A stretch of DNA of 64,000 bases, from positions 29,080,001-29,144,000 of the forward strand of contig NC_058368.1 in the NCBI RefSeq assembly GCF_018350175.1, given 5' to 3'. Position numbers and translations under genes: made by a program. How positions within the stretch are numbered: position 1 is the first letter of the stretch; every line of letters begins with the position of its first letter. Below the pieces are notes generated by a model, which saw only the letters and a program-made list of their open reading frames with translations, was not told the origin of the DNA and did not search any database. The DNA comes from Felis catus. Taxonomy: Eukaryota. Below, piece by piece: positions 37,418 to 49,790 of the stretch.

Positions 37418-37612
37418 GGGGCGCCTGGGTGGCTCAGTCGGTTAAGCATCCAACTCTTGGTTTCGGCTTAGATCATGATCTCACGCTGACAGCATGGAGA
37501 CTGCCTGGGATTCTCTCTCTCTCTCCCTCTCTGTCTCTGCCCCTGCCCTGCTTGTGTGCTCTGTTTCTTTCTCAAAATAAGTAAATAAACTTAAAAAAAA
37601 GTCTTTAAAAAA
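37418..37612 (+). mobile_element. CanSINE
   Basis: Typical head; imperfect TSD aaaaccggctaga / aaaactgactaga. Confidence 0.92.
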
Positions 37613-38530
37613 ACTGACTAGAAAGATCTGAGGGCTGAAGATATTCAGAAGAAAACCCTCTACCAGTTTGTCTTTCCACAGGGCCTTGCCTGGAAAGTAT
37701 CCACTTGTACCTGTGCTGTTGTGCATTTTGTATCCAGGAAGGCATCCTTATGGGATCGCCTGTGCCAAGTTCCCTTGGAAGCAGGTGGCCTTTTAAAGTT
37801 TGCTACTCTCAAAAACTAAAAAAATAAAGTTTACCACTTTCTTCTGTGTCGTGTAAGCTTTAATCCCAAAACATTACATGTGGGGTGGCAATGCTATGGT
37901 GTTTAGAGGGGAGAGAAAACCCAGGTGAAAGGACAGGATATCTGAATCTGGAATTTCCTTTATATGTTCTAGAAGATAAGAGAACAGGTAAAATGAGATT
38001 GGCAGCCACTGGGGCCAAGTCAGATGGACATGGACCCCATTTTTCAATTCGTTTCTCTCAGTTGAAGCTGGGCAATCAGTACATGAGGGTTGTTATCCTA
38101 TTCTCTCTACACTTATGTACATTTGAAAATTTCCATAGTAATTTTTAAATTGCCTGACTCATGAAGCCGGATATACTAAATTGTATTTAAACTGTATTTA
38201 AGAGTCATCTGTTACTGCTTTAAATTATTTCAAGTCTAAATTATTTTGTTCAACAGGAGATCCTTAAAACTTCATCCTTTCCTCTCAGCCAAAGAAAATT
38301 AATAAATTGATTGCTCTGGTACATTCTCTGTTCGCAGCGATGAGTTGAGAGATCATTTTACCTGTAACATCTTGGAGCAGAGAACTACAAAGTGGAAATG
38401 TGAAGGGGTGAGGTTGAATGTGGAAGATTGGGGCACAATGTGGAAGTCAGGCTGAATTGTTTGGATTTTTATAAGTTTGCAAGAATAAGTTGATGGTCCA
38501 AATTGTAAGATGATATAACAACATTACCAG

Positions 38531-38648
38531 GTTTTTTTTTTATTTCAACCTTTTTTAAAGTAGACTCCACGCCCAATGTGGGGCTCGAACTCATGACCCC
38601 AAGATCAAGAGTCGCATGCTCTACCGACTGAGCCAGCCGGATGCCCCA
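38531..38648 (-). mobile_element. Short tRNA-Lys-derived SINE without CT linker
   Basis: 73-nt tRNA-Lys(CTT)-like body 38642-38570, A-rich tail, TSD aacat(t/c)accag. Confidence 0.85.
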
Positions 38649-38771
38649 ACATCACCAGCTTTTAAAAGGAAAAAAAAAAGTCACCCATAATAATACCACT
38701 GCTTTCTGCTGACACCTTCCAGACCTCCACCCCCAGACAGACATGAACAGAGCAGCAATCAGAACCTTTGC

Positions 38772-39002
38772 CTTTTTTTGTTTGTTTTTAAAATGTTTAC
38801 TTATTTTTGTGAGAGAGAGAAAGAGAGAGACAGAGCATGAGTCGGGGAGGGGCAGAGAGAGAGGAAGACACAGAATCTGAAGCAGGCTCCAGGCTCTGAG
38901 CTGTCAGCACAGAGCCCGACGTGGGACTCAAACTCACAAACCAGGAGATCATGATCTGAGCGAACGTCGGATGCTCAACCAACTGAGCCACCCAGGTGCC
39001 CC
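38772..39002 (-). mobile_element. CanSINE (SINEC_Fc-like)
   Basis: Typical head and tail; TSD tttgccttttt. Confidence 0.93.
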
Positions 39003-39096
39003 TGTACGTTTGCCTTTTGAACAATATGCTAAGTGTATTCCAGTGATTCCATACAGCCTGCATAATTGGAATCTTAATGAGGGCATATGATTCTAC

Positions 39097-39319
39097 TTTT
39101 TTTTTTTTAAGTTTCTTTATTTATTTTGAGAGAGAGAGACAGAGAGAGAGAGAGTGCGCTTTCCATGGGGAACGGGGGAGGGAGAGAGAATCCCAAGCAG
39201 GCTCTGCGCTGTCAGCAGAGAGCTCGACACTGGGACTCAAACTCAAGAACCAGGAGATCATGACCTGAGCTGAAAACAAGAGTCAGACGCTTAATCAGCT
39301 GAGCCACCCAGGTACCCCC
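39097..39319 (-). mobile_element. CanSINE
   Basis: Typical head and tail; imperfect TSD catatgattctac / catacaattccac. Confidence 0.92.
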
Positions 39320-39462
39320 ATACAATTCCACTTTTTAAACAATTTTCCTGCTGTCAAATATTTCAGGTTGTCTTCAGGTTTGAATTTTGGTTTTGTAGTT
39401 CTTCTGGCTATTATAGAGATCAAGTATAAGAAACAGTTAGCACAGTGCCTGGGTGTGTAGTG

Positions 39463-39917
39463 CTTGAGGGTTAGTTTTATGTGTCACCTTGACTGGGATA
39501 CCCAGATGGCAGGGAAAACACTATTTCTGGGTAAGAGATTAACATTTGATTCAGTAGTCTGAAGACATGTGCCCTCATCAGTGTACATGGGCATGCCCCA
39601 ACTCTTCTTGAACTGGGCACCCGTCGTCTCCTGCCCTCAGACAGCAGAGCTCCTGGCACCGGGGCCTTTGAATCTGTACCAGCGGCCCTCGGTACCGGCC
39701 CTTGGGCCAGGATGTGTACCAGCGGCCCTCGGGTTCTCAGGCCTTCAGCCTCAAGTGGAATGACCCCACTGGCTTTCCGCACTCAGTGCGCAGACAGCAA
39801 GCGGTGGGACTCCTCAGCGTCCATAACCGGGTGAACCAGTTCCTGTGATAAATCTCCTCTTTTATCGATCTGTCTATCCTATTGGTTCTGTTTCTCTGGG
39901 GAACCCTGACTAACACA
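39463..39917 (+). mobile_element. MLT2 (ERVL) solo LTR
   Basis: ggttagttttatgtgtcaccttgactggg start; cctattggttctgtttctctggggaaccctgactaacaca end. Confidence 0.85.
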
Positions 39918-40496
39918 GTGTTCTCTAAATATTTTCTATTATAATGTTATAGTAACTATGTTGATGAATGCAGTTTTTATAAAATACCTATTTATAATAA
40001 TAATCCACGTTCACTATAAATAAAACAATATGGAAAAATACAAAGTAAACATTATCCAGTGCTAACACACATAGATGTGTACGTGCACATAGAGGTGTAC
40101 AAATATATAAATGGAGTGTTATATATGCTATTATGACTTATTTCATTCAACAGTAACAGTGGAACTCTTTTCTCATCCGTATAATTGTCCATGTCATTTT
40201 GAATGGCTACATACTGTCCCACTGTGCACACCATGGCTATCCTACCAATTCTGTATTGAGCAATATTTAGACTGCTTCTCTTTTCTCAATTTTATAAAAA
40301 TAAGTTTAAACAGCTCTCTTTTTTTCTGATTAGTTATTCATGATAAGTTCCCAGGAGTGGAATTCACGGGTATTCGTGTCACAAGATCATTTTACACAAG
40401 AGTAAAAATAGCTGGTGGGAGGGCATCCCTCTACTGAAAGAGAGTAAGCCGAGTTCCGGCCATCTTTAGATGGCAGAAACACACCCCAACACTGTT

Positions 40497-40497
40497 A

Positions 40498-40529
<32 letters not shown>

Positions 40530-40530
40530 G

Positions 40531-40578
<48 letters not shown>
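40497..40578. repeat. (TC)n-(CA)n compound microsatellite
   Basis: Direct reading. Confidence 0.95.
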
Positions 40579-40580
<2 letters not shown>

Positions 40581-41803
40581 TTGGTGAGAAGAAAAGCACC
40601 CTGCCCTCAGGCTAGCATATAACCTGCAGAGCAGCTCTTATAATGAACTCCATTGTTAATTCGGACTCTCACAAGCTAGTCTTGAGGATTTCATAATATG
40701 CTTTTAGGCAGCATGGGTGGTAACTCTAAAGACCAGTAGGAAATTGGAAGTGAAAAAAGAATTATTAGCAATAGACCATTTATATCTCCAACAACAGTGA
40801 CTGTGGATAAGAGAGAACAACAAGCCAGAAACTGAGAGCCTTGAGATCTTTACCTGTCTCCATAGATCTCTGAATTTGGTTTCTTTTTTGTTTTCATTTT
40901 CTGAGCACCCAGGTGCTGTGAGAAATATAACAGCAAGGTTAAACATGCAAGGTTAGAACCCGTGACTTGAATTTTCCAGACTGGCTCCAATTTTACATAG
41001 TAACATACTATATAAAAACCAGAAATCTATACATACTTGCATTAAAAAATATGAAATATTACCTAAAGTCATTCAAATTTCATCCCTTTATAATCTTTTC
41101 CTCTAAACATTCACAATTTTTAATATGCTTTATAAGGTTTAGTCTGGCTCTTTGATTCAGGAAACATGGTTGCTGTATCAGGGACAGTCCTGATCCCCAG
41201 CACTTGTGGGGATCAAAGGATTGCAACCCTCACCTCATGTGCAAAGGGCTTTGAAGAAGCAATTGCCTCTTTGGGCTCAAAAGCTATCTTGCAGAGACAT
41301 GAAAAAGAGGAGACTCAAACATTTACTAGACTAAAGATAACAGCTCTCATTCACAGAGTGCTTCTAGGCAGGTTACGATCAGATCAGGCTCTCACCTTAG
41401 CACCAAGGAGGCACAGCAGGTAGATGACCTGCCCAAAGTCACCCAACTTTGGGTGGATTGCCACGCCTGTCTTACACCAAAAGCTGTGTTCTTTCCTCCA
41501 TGCGCTGGTCTCAGATCATGTGCTGGGAAGAGATTTATTCATGTACTAGGAAGATGTTGCTCTCACATAAAGGCATGAATGGTTTCCCATGATCCTCTTG
41601 CTACTTCCCTCCAGCCCGGCCACCTCCCGCTCTGCAGGCTTATCATCTCCCATCCCACCCTGCCCTGTGGAGAGCAGAGGATCTCAACATCAAAAATAGG
41701 TGGGCTTTTGTTTTTTTTTAAAGGGAGCTTTTAAAAAATGCCAGGGCCCAGGCTCTACCCAAATCAATGGAATTGAAATATCTGGAGGGAGAGTCTGGAG
41801 TTC

Positions 41804-41834
<31 letters not shown>

Positions 41835-42099
41835 AATATACATTTCATTTTCAATTTTTTTTTAATTTACATCCAAGATAGTTAGCATATAGTGCAACAC
41901 TGATTTCAGGAGTAGATTCCTTAATGCTCCTTACCCATTTATCCCATCCCCCCTCCCACAAACCCTCCAGTAACCCTCTGTCTGTTCTCCATATTTAAGA
42001 GTTTCTTATGTTTCATCCCCCTCCATGTTTTTATATTATTTTTGCTTCCCTTCCCTTATGTTCATCTGTTCTGTGTCTTAAAGTCCTCATATGAGTGAA

Positions 42100-45000
42100 G
42101 TCATCTGATATTTGTCTTTCTCTGACTAATTTTGCTTAGCGTAATACCCTCTAGTTCCATCCACGTAGCTGCAAATGGCAAGATTTCATTCTTTTTGATT
42201 GCAGAGTAATTCTCCATTGTATGTGTGTGTATATATATATATACACACACACCACATCTTGTTTATCCATTTATCCATTAATGGATATTTGGGCTCTTTC
42301 CATACTTTGGCTATTGTTGATAGTGCTGCTATAAACACTGGGGTGCATGTGCCCCTTCGAAACAGCATATCTGTATTCCTTGGATAAATACCTAGTAGTG
42401 CAATTGCTGGGTCATAGGGGAGTTCTATTTTTAATTTTTTGAGGAACCTCCCTACTGTTTTCCAGAGTGGCTGCACCAGTTTGCATTCCCACCAGCAGTG
42501 CAAAAGAGATCCTCTTTCTCCGCATCCTCGCCAACATCTGTTGTTGCCTGAGTTGTTAACATTAACCATTCTGACTGGGGTGAGGTGGTATCTCATTGTG
42601 GTTTTGATTTGTATTTCCCTGATGATGAGTGATGTTGAGCATTTTTTCATGTGTCAGTTGGCCATCTGGATGTCTTCTTTGGAGAAGTGTCTATTCATGT
42701 CTTTTGCCCATTTCTTCACTGGATTATTTGTTTTTTGGGTGTTGAGTTTGATAAGTTCTTCATAGATTTTGGATACTAACCCTTTATCTGATATGTTGTT
42801 TGCAAATATCCCATTCTGTCAGTTGCCTTTTAGTTTTGCTGATTGTTTCCTTCACTGTGCAGAAGTTGTTTATTTTGATGAGGTCCCAATAGTTCATTTT
42901 TGCTTTTGTTTCCCTTGCCTCCGGAGATGTGTTGAGTAAGAAGTTGCTGTGGCCAAGGTCAAAGAGGTTTTTGCCTGCTTTTTCCTTGAGGACATTGATG
43001 GCTTCCTGTCTTACATTTAGGTCTTTCATCCACTTTGAGTTTATTTTTGTATATGGTGTAAGAAAGTGGTCCAGGTTCATTTTTCCGCATGTTGCTGTCC
43101 AGTTTTCCCAACACCATTTGCTGACAAGACTGTCTTTTTTTCCATTGGATATTCTTTCCTGCTTTGTCAAAGATTAGTTGGCCATACTTTGTGGGTCCAT
43201 TTCTGGGTTCTCTATTCCGTTCCATTGATCTGAGTGTCTGTTTTTGTGCCAGTACCATACTGTCTTGATGATCACAACTTTGTAATACAGCTTAAAGTCC
43301 AGGATTGTGATGCCTCCTGCTTTGGTTTTCTTCTTCAAGATTGCTTTGGCTATTGGGGAGTCTTTCCTGGTTCCATACAAATTTTCAAATTGTTTGTTCT
43401 AGCTCTGTGAAGAATGCTGTTGTTATTTTGATAGGGATTGCATTGAATATGTAGATTGCTTTGGGTAGTATTGACATTTTAGCAATATTTGTTCTTCCTA
43501 TCTAGGAGCATGGAATATTTTCCATTTTTTTGTGTGTGTCTTCTTCAATTTCTTTCATAAGCTTTCCATAATTTTCAGTGTATAGATTTTTCACCTCTTT
43601 GGTTAGATTTATTCCTAGCTATTTTATGGTTTTCAGTGCAATTGTAAATGGGATCTATTCCTTGATTTGTCTTTCTGCTGCTTCATTATTGGTGTACAAG
43701 AATGCAACCAATTTCTGTGCATTGATTTTACATCCTGCGACTTTGCTGAATTCATGGATCAGTTGTAGCAGTTTTTTGGTGGTATCTTTTGGGTTTTCCA
43801 TATAGAGTATAATGTTATCTGCGAAGAGTGAAAGTGTGACCTCCTCCTGGCCAATTTGGATGCCTTTTATCTCTTTGTGTTGTCTGATTGCTGAGACTAA
43901 GACTTCCAATACTATGTTGAATAACAGTGGTGAGAGTGGACATCCCTGTCTTCTTCCTGACCTTAGGGGGAAAGCTGTCAGCGTTTCCCCATTGAGGATG
44001 ATATTAGCAGTGGTCCTTCATATATGGCTTTTATGATCTTGAGGTATGCTCCTTCTATCCCAACTTTCTTGAGGGTTTTTATCAAGAAAGGATGCTATAT
44101 TTTGTCAAGTGCGTTCTCTGAACCTATTGAGAGGACCATATGGTTCTTGTCCTTTCTTTTATTGATGTGATGAATCACATTGATTGTTTTGCAGATATTG
44201 AACCAGCCCTGCATCCCAGGTATAAATCCCACTTGGTCGTGATGAATAATTTTTTTAATGTATTGTTGGATCCGGTTGGCTAATATCTTGTTGAGGATTT
44301 TTGCATCTATGTTCATCAGGGAAATAGGTCTATAGTTCTCCTTTTTAGTGGGGTCTTTGTCTGGTTTTGGAATCAACGTAATGCTGGCTTCATAGAAAGA
44401 GTTTGGAAGTTTTCCTTCCATTTCTATTTTTTGGAACAGCTTCAAGAGAATGGGTATTAACTCTTCCTTAAATGTTTGGTAGAATTCCCCTGGAAAGCCA
44501 TCCGGCTCTGACTCTTGTTTTTTGGGAGATATTTTATTACTAATTCAATTTTGTTACTGGTTATGGGTCTGTTCAAATATTCTATTTCTTCCTGTTTCAG
44601 TTTTGGTAGTGTATATGTTTCTAGGAATTTGTCCATTTCTTCCAGATTGCCCATTTTACTGGCTATAATTGCTTATAATATTCTCTTATTATTGTTTGTA
44701 TTTTTGCTGTGTTGGTTGTGATCTCTCCTCTTTCATCTTGATTTTACTTATTTGTGTCCTTTCCTTTTACTTTCTGATCAAAGTGGCTAGTGGTTTATCA
44801 ATTTGGTTAATTCTTTCAAAGAACCAGCTTCTGGTTTCATTGATCTGTTCTACTGTTGTTGTTTTGTTTGTTTGTTTTGGGTTTTGGTTTTGGTTTTTGG
44901 TTTCGATAGCATTGATTTCTGATCTAATCTTTATTATTTCCTGTCTTCTGCTGGTTTTGGGTTTTATTTGCTGTTCTTTCTCCAGCTTTTTAAAGTGTAA

Positions 45001-45931
45001 GGTTAGGTTGTGTATATGAGACCTTTGTTCCTTCTTTAGGAAGGCCTGGATTGCTATATACTTCCCTCTTATGACTGCCTTTGCTGCGTCCCAGAGGTTT
45101 TGGGCTGTGGTGTTATCATTTTCATTGGCTTCCATGTGCTTTTTAATTTCCTCTTTAACTGCTTGGTAGCCCATTCATTCTTTAGTAGGATGGTCTTTAG
45201 CTCCAAGTTTTGTTTTCTTTCCAGTTTTTTTTTCTTGTGGTTGATTTCAAGTTTCATAGTGTTTTGGTCTGAAAATATGCACGATATGATTTCAGTCTTT
45301 TGTACTTGTTGAGGGCTGATTTGTGTCCCATTATGTGATCTATTCTGGAGAACGTTCCATGTGCACTGGAGAAGAATGTGTATTCTGCTGCTTTAGGATG
45401 AAATGTTTGAGTATATCGGTTAAGTCCATTCAAAGCCATTGTTTCCTTGTTGATTTTCTCTTTAGATGATCTGTCCATTGTTGTAATTGGGGTGCTGAAG
45501 TCCCCTACTATTATGGTATTATTATCAATGAGTTTCTTTATGTTTGTGATTAACTGATTTATATATTTGGGTGCTTTCACATTTGGAGCATAAATGTTTA
45601 CAATTGTTAGGTCTTCTTGGTGGATAAACCCCTTAATTATGATATAATGCCCTTCTTCATCTCTTGGTACAGTCTTTATTTTAAAGTCTAGATTGTCTCA
45701 TATAAGTATGACTACTCTGAATTTCTTTTGTCGACCATTAGCATGATAGATGGTTCTACATCCCCTTACTTTCAATCTGAAGGTGTCTTTAGGTCTGAAG
45801 TGGGTCTCTTGTAAACATCATATAGATGGATCTTGTTTTCTTATCCATTCTGTTATCTTATTTCTTTTGATTGGAATCTTTAGTCCATTGACGTTTAGAG
45901 TGAGTACTGAAAGATATGAATTAGTTGCCAT
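42100..45931 (-). pseudogene. Disrupted L1 ORF2 (endonuclease / reverse transcriptase)
   Basis: Starts MATNSYLSVLTLNVNGL then an early stop. Fragments include [42 protein letters not shown] (FADD motif altered) and [13 protein letters not shown]; many frameshifts. Confidence 0.93.
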
Positions 45932-46035
45932 TTTGTTGCCTGTAGAGTTGAAATTTCTGGTGGTGTTCTCTGGTCTTTTCTAGTCTTTGTTCCTTTATGG
46001 TCTTTTTTTTTTTTTTTTTTTCATCTTTTCTCCCC

Positions 46036-46910
46036 TCAGAGAGTCCCCCTTAAAATTTCTTGCACAGTTGGTTTAGTGGCCACAAACTCCTTTAATTTTT
46101 GTTTGTCTGGGAAACTTTTTATCTCTCCTTCTATTTTGAATGACAGCCTTGCTGGATAAAGAAGTTTGGCTGCATATTTTTTCTTATTCAGCACATTGAA
46201 TATATCCTGCCACTGCTTTCTGGCCTGCCAAATTTCTGTGGATAGGTCTGCTCTGAACCTGATCTGTCTTCCCTTGTATGTTAAGTACTTTTTTTCCTTT
46301 GGTGCTATCATGATTCTTTCCTTGTCTGAGTATTTTGTGAACCTGACTATGATATGCCTTGTTGATGGTCAGTTTATGTTGAATCTAATGGGAGTCCTCT
46401 GTGCTTCCTGGATTTTGATGTCTATGTCTTTCCCCAAGTTAGGAAAGTTTTCTCCTATGATTTGCTCACATAACATTTCTACCCCTTTTTCTCTCTTCAT
46501 CTTCTGGGACCCCAATGATTCTCATGCTGTCACTTTTTAATGAGTCACTGATTTCTCTAATTCTTGAACTGTGCTCTTTTGCCTTAGTCTCCCTCTTTTT
46601 TTCTGTTTCATTATTCTCCATAAGTTTGTCCTCTATATCACTGACTGCTCTGCCTCATTCATCATTGCCACCATGACATCCATACAAGATTGCAGCTCAG
46701 GTATGGTATTTTTTATTTCATCCTGACTAGCTTTTACTTCTTTTATCTCTGCAGAATGGGATTCTAATCTACTTTCAACCCCAGCTAGTGTTCTTATTAT
46801 CGTGATTCTAAATTCTGGTCAGACATCTTGCTTGTATCTGTGTTGATTAAGTCCCTGGCTGTCGTTTCTTCTTGCTCTTTTTTGGGGAGTGAATTCCTTT
46901 GTTTCATCAT
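46036..46910 (-). pseudogene. Disrupted L1 ORF1
   Basis: C-terminal fragment ...YPARLSFKIEGEIKSFPDKQKLKEFVATKP... (ORF 46036..46311); likely ATG at 46910. Confidence 0.88.
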
Positions 46911-47137
46911 TTTGAAGGAAGAAAAGGAATTAATAAGGTAAAAAAAATTAAAGTTAAAGAATTAAAAACAACACAAAAAAATCAAATAAATGATCCTAGA
47001 TCCTAGGTGTATTTTGGTCTGGTTGTTGAAAGGAGCTTGATAGATTAGAGAAAAAAAAGGGAAATATAAGAAAAGAAAAAAATTTAAAAAAAGAGAAAAA
47101 GAAAAAAAGGAAAACGTTTGAAAATTTGAAAAAATGT

Positions 47138-47372
47138 GGGGCGCCTGGGTAGCGCAGTCGGTTAAGCGTCCGACTTCAGCCAGGTCACGATCTCGCGGTC
47201 CGGGAGTTCGAGCCCCCCCTCGGGCTCTGGGCTGATGTCTCAGAGCCTGAAGGCTGTTTCCGATTCTGTGTCTCCCTCTCTCTCTGCCCCTCGCCCGTTC
47301 ATGCTCTGTCTCTTTCTGTCCCAAAAAATAAATAAACGTTGAAAAAAAAATTTTTTTTAATAAATAAAAAAA
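47138..47372 (+). mobile_element. Young CanSINE (SINEC_Fc2-like) inserted in the L1 5'UTR
   Basis: CpG-rich head; perfect 17-bp TSD GAAAATTTGAAAAAATG (47120-47136, 47373-47389). Confidence 0.95.
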
Positions 47373-49087
47373 GAAAATTTGAAAAAATGAATACAATTAA
47401 ATAGAATAAAATGAAATGATGGAAGTAAAATAGAATTTGAAACATTTACAAAAAAAGTAAACAACATAGTGGAAAAAATTAAAGAAAAATATTTCTAATA
47501 AAAATTGAGAATAAAAATAAATTTTTTCTTTCTGTATTCAAAAAAAAGAAAAGAAAAAAATTAAATAGATGGACCAGCAAACAGACTGAAATGCTATTGC
47601 AATTACCTCAGTTTTCCCTTGAAGTCAAACTATGAAGCACTTTGTATTCCGTAAAATAAGCAGGCAGAGAGACTTGGAGTGTTCCTGAAGAGCGAGGTTG
47701 GCCCGGCTGGGCAGGTCTTAGTGTAACAGCTCCGTTCTCCATTAGATGGCGCTGCTTTACTTACTGGGGTGGATGTTGTTTCGCTTGTCGGTGTGTATGC
47801 GCGTGCGCGGGAAGGGTGAAAATGGCGTCCCCCAGATCTCCAGTCTCTGGTACCAGAGCTCTGTTCTCCGGGATCAGCCATCTGCACCCGTCCTTTGTCT
47901 CCAGCTTCCATCCACTCCCCGTTTTTACACTGTCCGTGACCAAGCCGTCAAGCTGCCGGGCAGCACCTCTTGCCTGAGTTTTATCTCAGATGCGGTTGTT
48001 TCCCGACTCCTCACTTCTGAGGGACTGCGGCTTTGACCGGCTCAGACCCTCTGCAGGAGGGTCTCTCTGAGCAATGGCTGGGTGCCGGCCACCCCCAGGA
48101 ACATTTGCAGGACCATGCTGCTGCTGAAGCCCAGAGACTGAGACTGGGTCCAGCCCATCCCAGGAAAAGTTCACACAATCATATAGCAGCGTTTCAGGGA
48201 TTCTTGTAAATCACACACACATCTGGTGCCTTAACGTCCTTGTTCCAGCACCAGCGAATGTGGTTGTTCCCTGGAGTCTGCTGGGACATTTTGCCTGTGA
48301 GGTCGCTGCACAGCCTCTACCAGATGCCATCCCAGCAGGGGAACCACCTCTGCCCGTGACCTGAGAACCCCGAGGACCTCGCTCTCTGCTCCTGGGGATT
48401 TGCCCTTCCCACCAGAGCTCCATCAGGTAAGGAGCTGTGGTGTTTCAGACTCTGTGCTCCCCTGTTCATAGAATCTTAATGGAATTTAAACACTCGTCTT
48501 TCTCCTTTCTGCCTGTTCTGTTCTGTCGGCTGTTTCCACTTTTCCACTTTCTCTCCAGCTGCTTTGGGGGCGTGCTTTTCCCGTACTCTCCCCCCTCCCC
48601 CCTCCGTCTCTGTCCTCTCTCCACAAGCAAAAGCAGTTCCCTGCCCTCTGTGGTTTCCTTCTCCCCCAGTTCACCATTCAGTGCCATGTACCTGCTGAGT
48701 TCTGTGGTTCAGGTTATGCACATTGTTGTGTTAATCTTCAGATCAGTTTTCTAGGTGTGTAGAATGGTTTACTGTTGATCTTGCTGTCCCGAGTGTGTTT
48801 TATAAGCTTTTAAGTGATGAGCGGCTGAGGGTAGAGAACCATTGTCCCAGAGGCACACATGGAGATTCTCTGCCCAGGCTGCACAGGTTCTTAAAAGAAA
48901 TATTCCCCAGCTTCTGGCCCAGGCCAATCAATCCGAATCTCTGAATGTGGTCTTTTAGATGAGGTCACTGTACAGTCCGATATCGGGTATTGTTAGAATT
49001 GCCATTCTTTGTAAATCTGTTTGCATGAGTTGACCTGTGGATATATTTAGACCATTATTATATTCTGATAACTAAGAAAGAATCTCT

Positions 49088-49282
49088 GGGGTTCCTGCGT
49101 GGCTTGGTTGGTTAAGCGTCTGACTTCTGCTCAGGTCATGATCTCAGAGTTGGTGAGCTTGAGCCCTATGTCAGGCTCTATGCTGACAGCACAGAGCCTG
49201 CTTGGGATTCTCTTTCTCCTCTCCTGCTCACTCTTTCTCTCGTTCAAAAATAAATAAAATAAACACTTTTAAAAAAAGAAAA
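49088..49282 (+). mobile_element. CanSINE
   Basis: Typical head; TSD aaagaatctct on both sides. Confidence 0.92.
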
Positions 49283-49569
49283 AAGAATCTCTGTGAGGGG
49301 CCCTGGATGGGTTTCTAAAGCTCCCCAGATGAGGGCCATGGGCTGCCTGGTGGGGAGTTCCTGAATGCAGCACTCAGCTTCCTTCAAGGTAATAGCGCCC
49401 TAGAGGCCTCAGAGGTCCCAGGAGAGGTGCTGGCCAAAAGTTCCTGTTGTCTAAAAATAAATTCCTCAAGGCACAGTGGAAAGCCATCTTACTCTGTAAA
49501 ATCCATCAGAAGCCCAAGTCCCGGTAGGAAGCCCTCCCAAAGTGCTGCAGGAAATAGGAAGACAGCGAT

Positions 49570-49790
49570 AATAACAGCAAATACTGCTACGGCACTGAAC
49601 TGTGCTCAGGCACTGTTCTGAGCGCTTTGCTTGTCAACTCATTTAATCCTCACTGCAGCCCCATATAGAAGGTCCTATTGCCCCACTGTGCAGATGAGAA
49701 AACTAAGTCATAGAGAGTCTAACTAACTTGACAGAAATCGTACCACTGCTCAGTGGCAGAGTAGAGACTTGAACCCAGACAGTGAGGCTC
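49570..49790 (-). mobile_element. MIR
   Basis: ctcatttaatcctcac...cagatgagaaaactaag...acttgaacccagacag. Confidence 0.75.

Larger units (their letters stand above)
41804..48787 (-). mobile_element. Near-full-length carnivore/felid L1, inactive; inserted into a MER5-like element
   Basis: Poly(T) 41804-41827, 3'UTR, ORF2, ORF1 and GC-rich 5'UTR in order. MER5-like halves at ~41675-41803 and ~48790-48845. Confidence 0.96.

Noticed and set aside
38570..38642. Functional tRNA-Lys gene
   Set aside because: Acceptor and anticodon stem mismatches, plus an A tail and TSD, indicate a retroposed SINE.
39675..39732. 18-bp direct repeat tgtaccagcggccctcgg
   Set aside because: Lies within the MLT2 LTR and is best explained as an internal LTR duplication.
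42100..46910. Active L1 or domesticated reverse transcriptase gene
   Set aside because: Multiple stops and frameshifts, and the catalytic FADD motif reads FADN.
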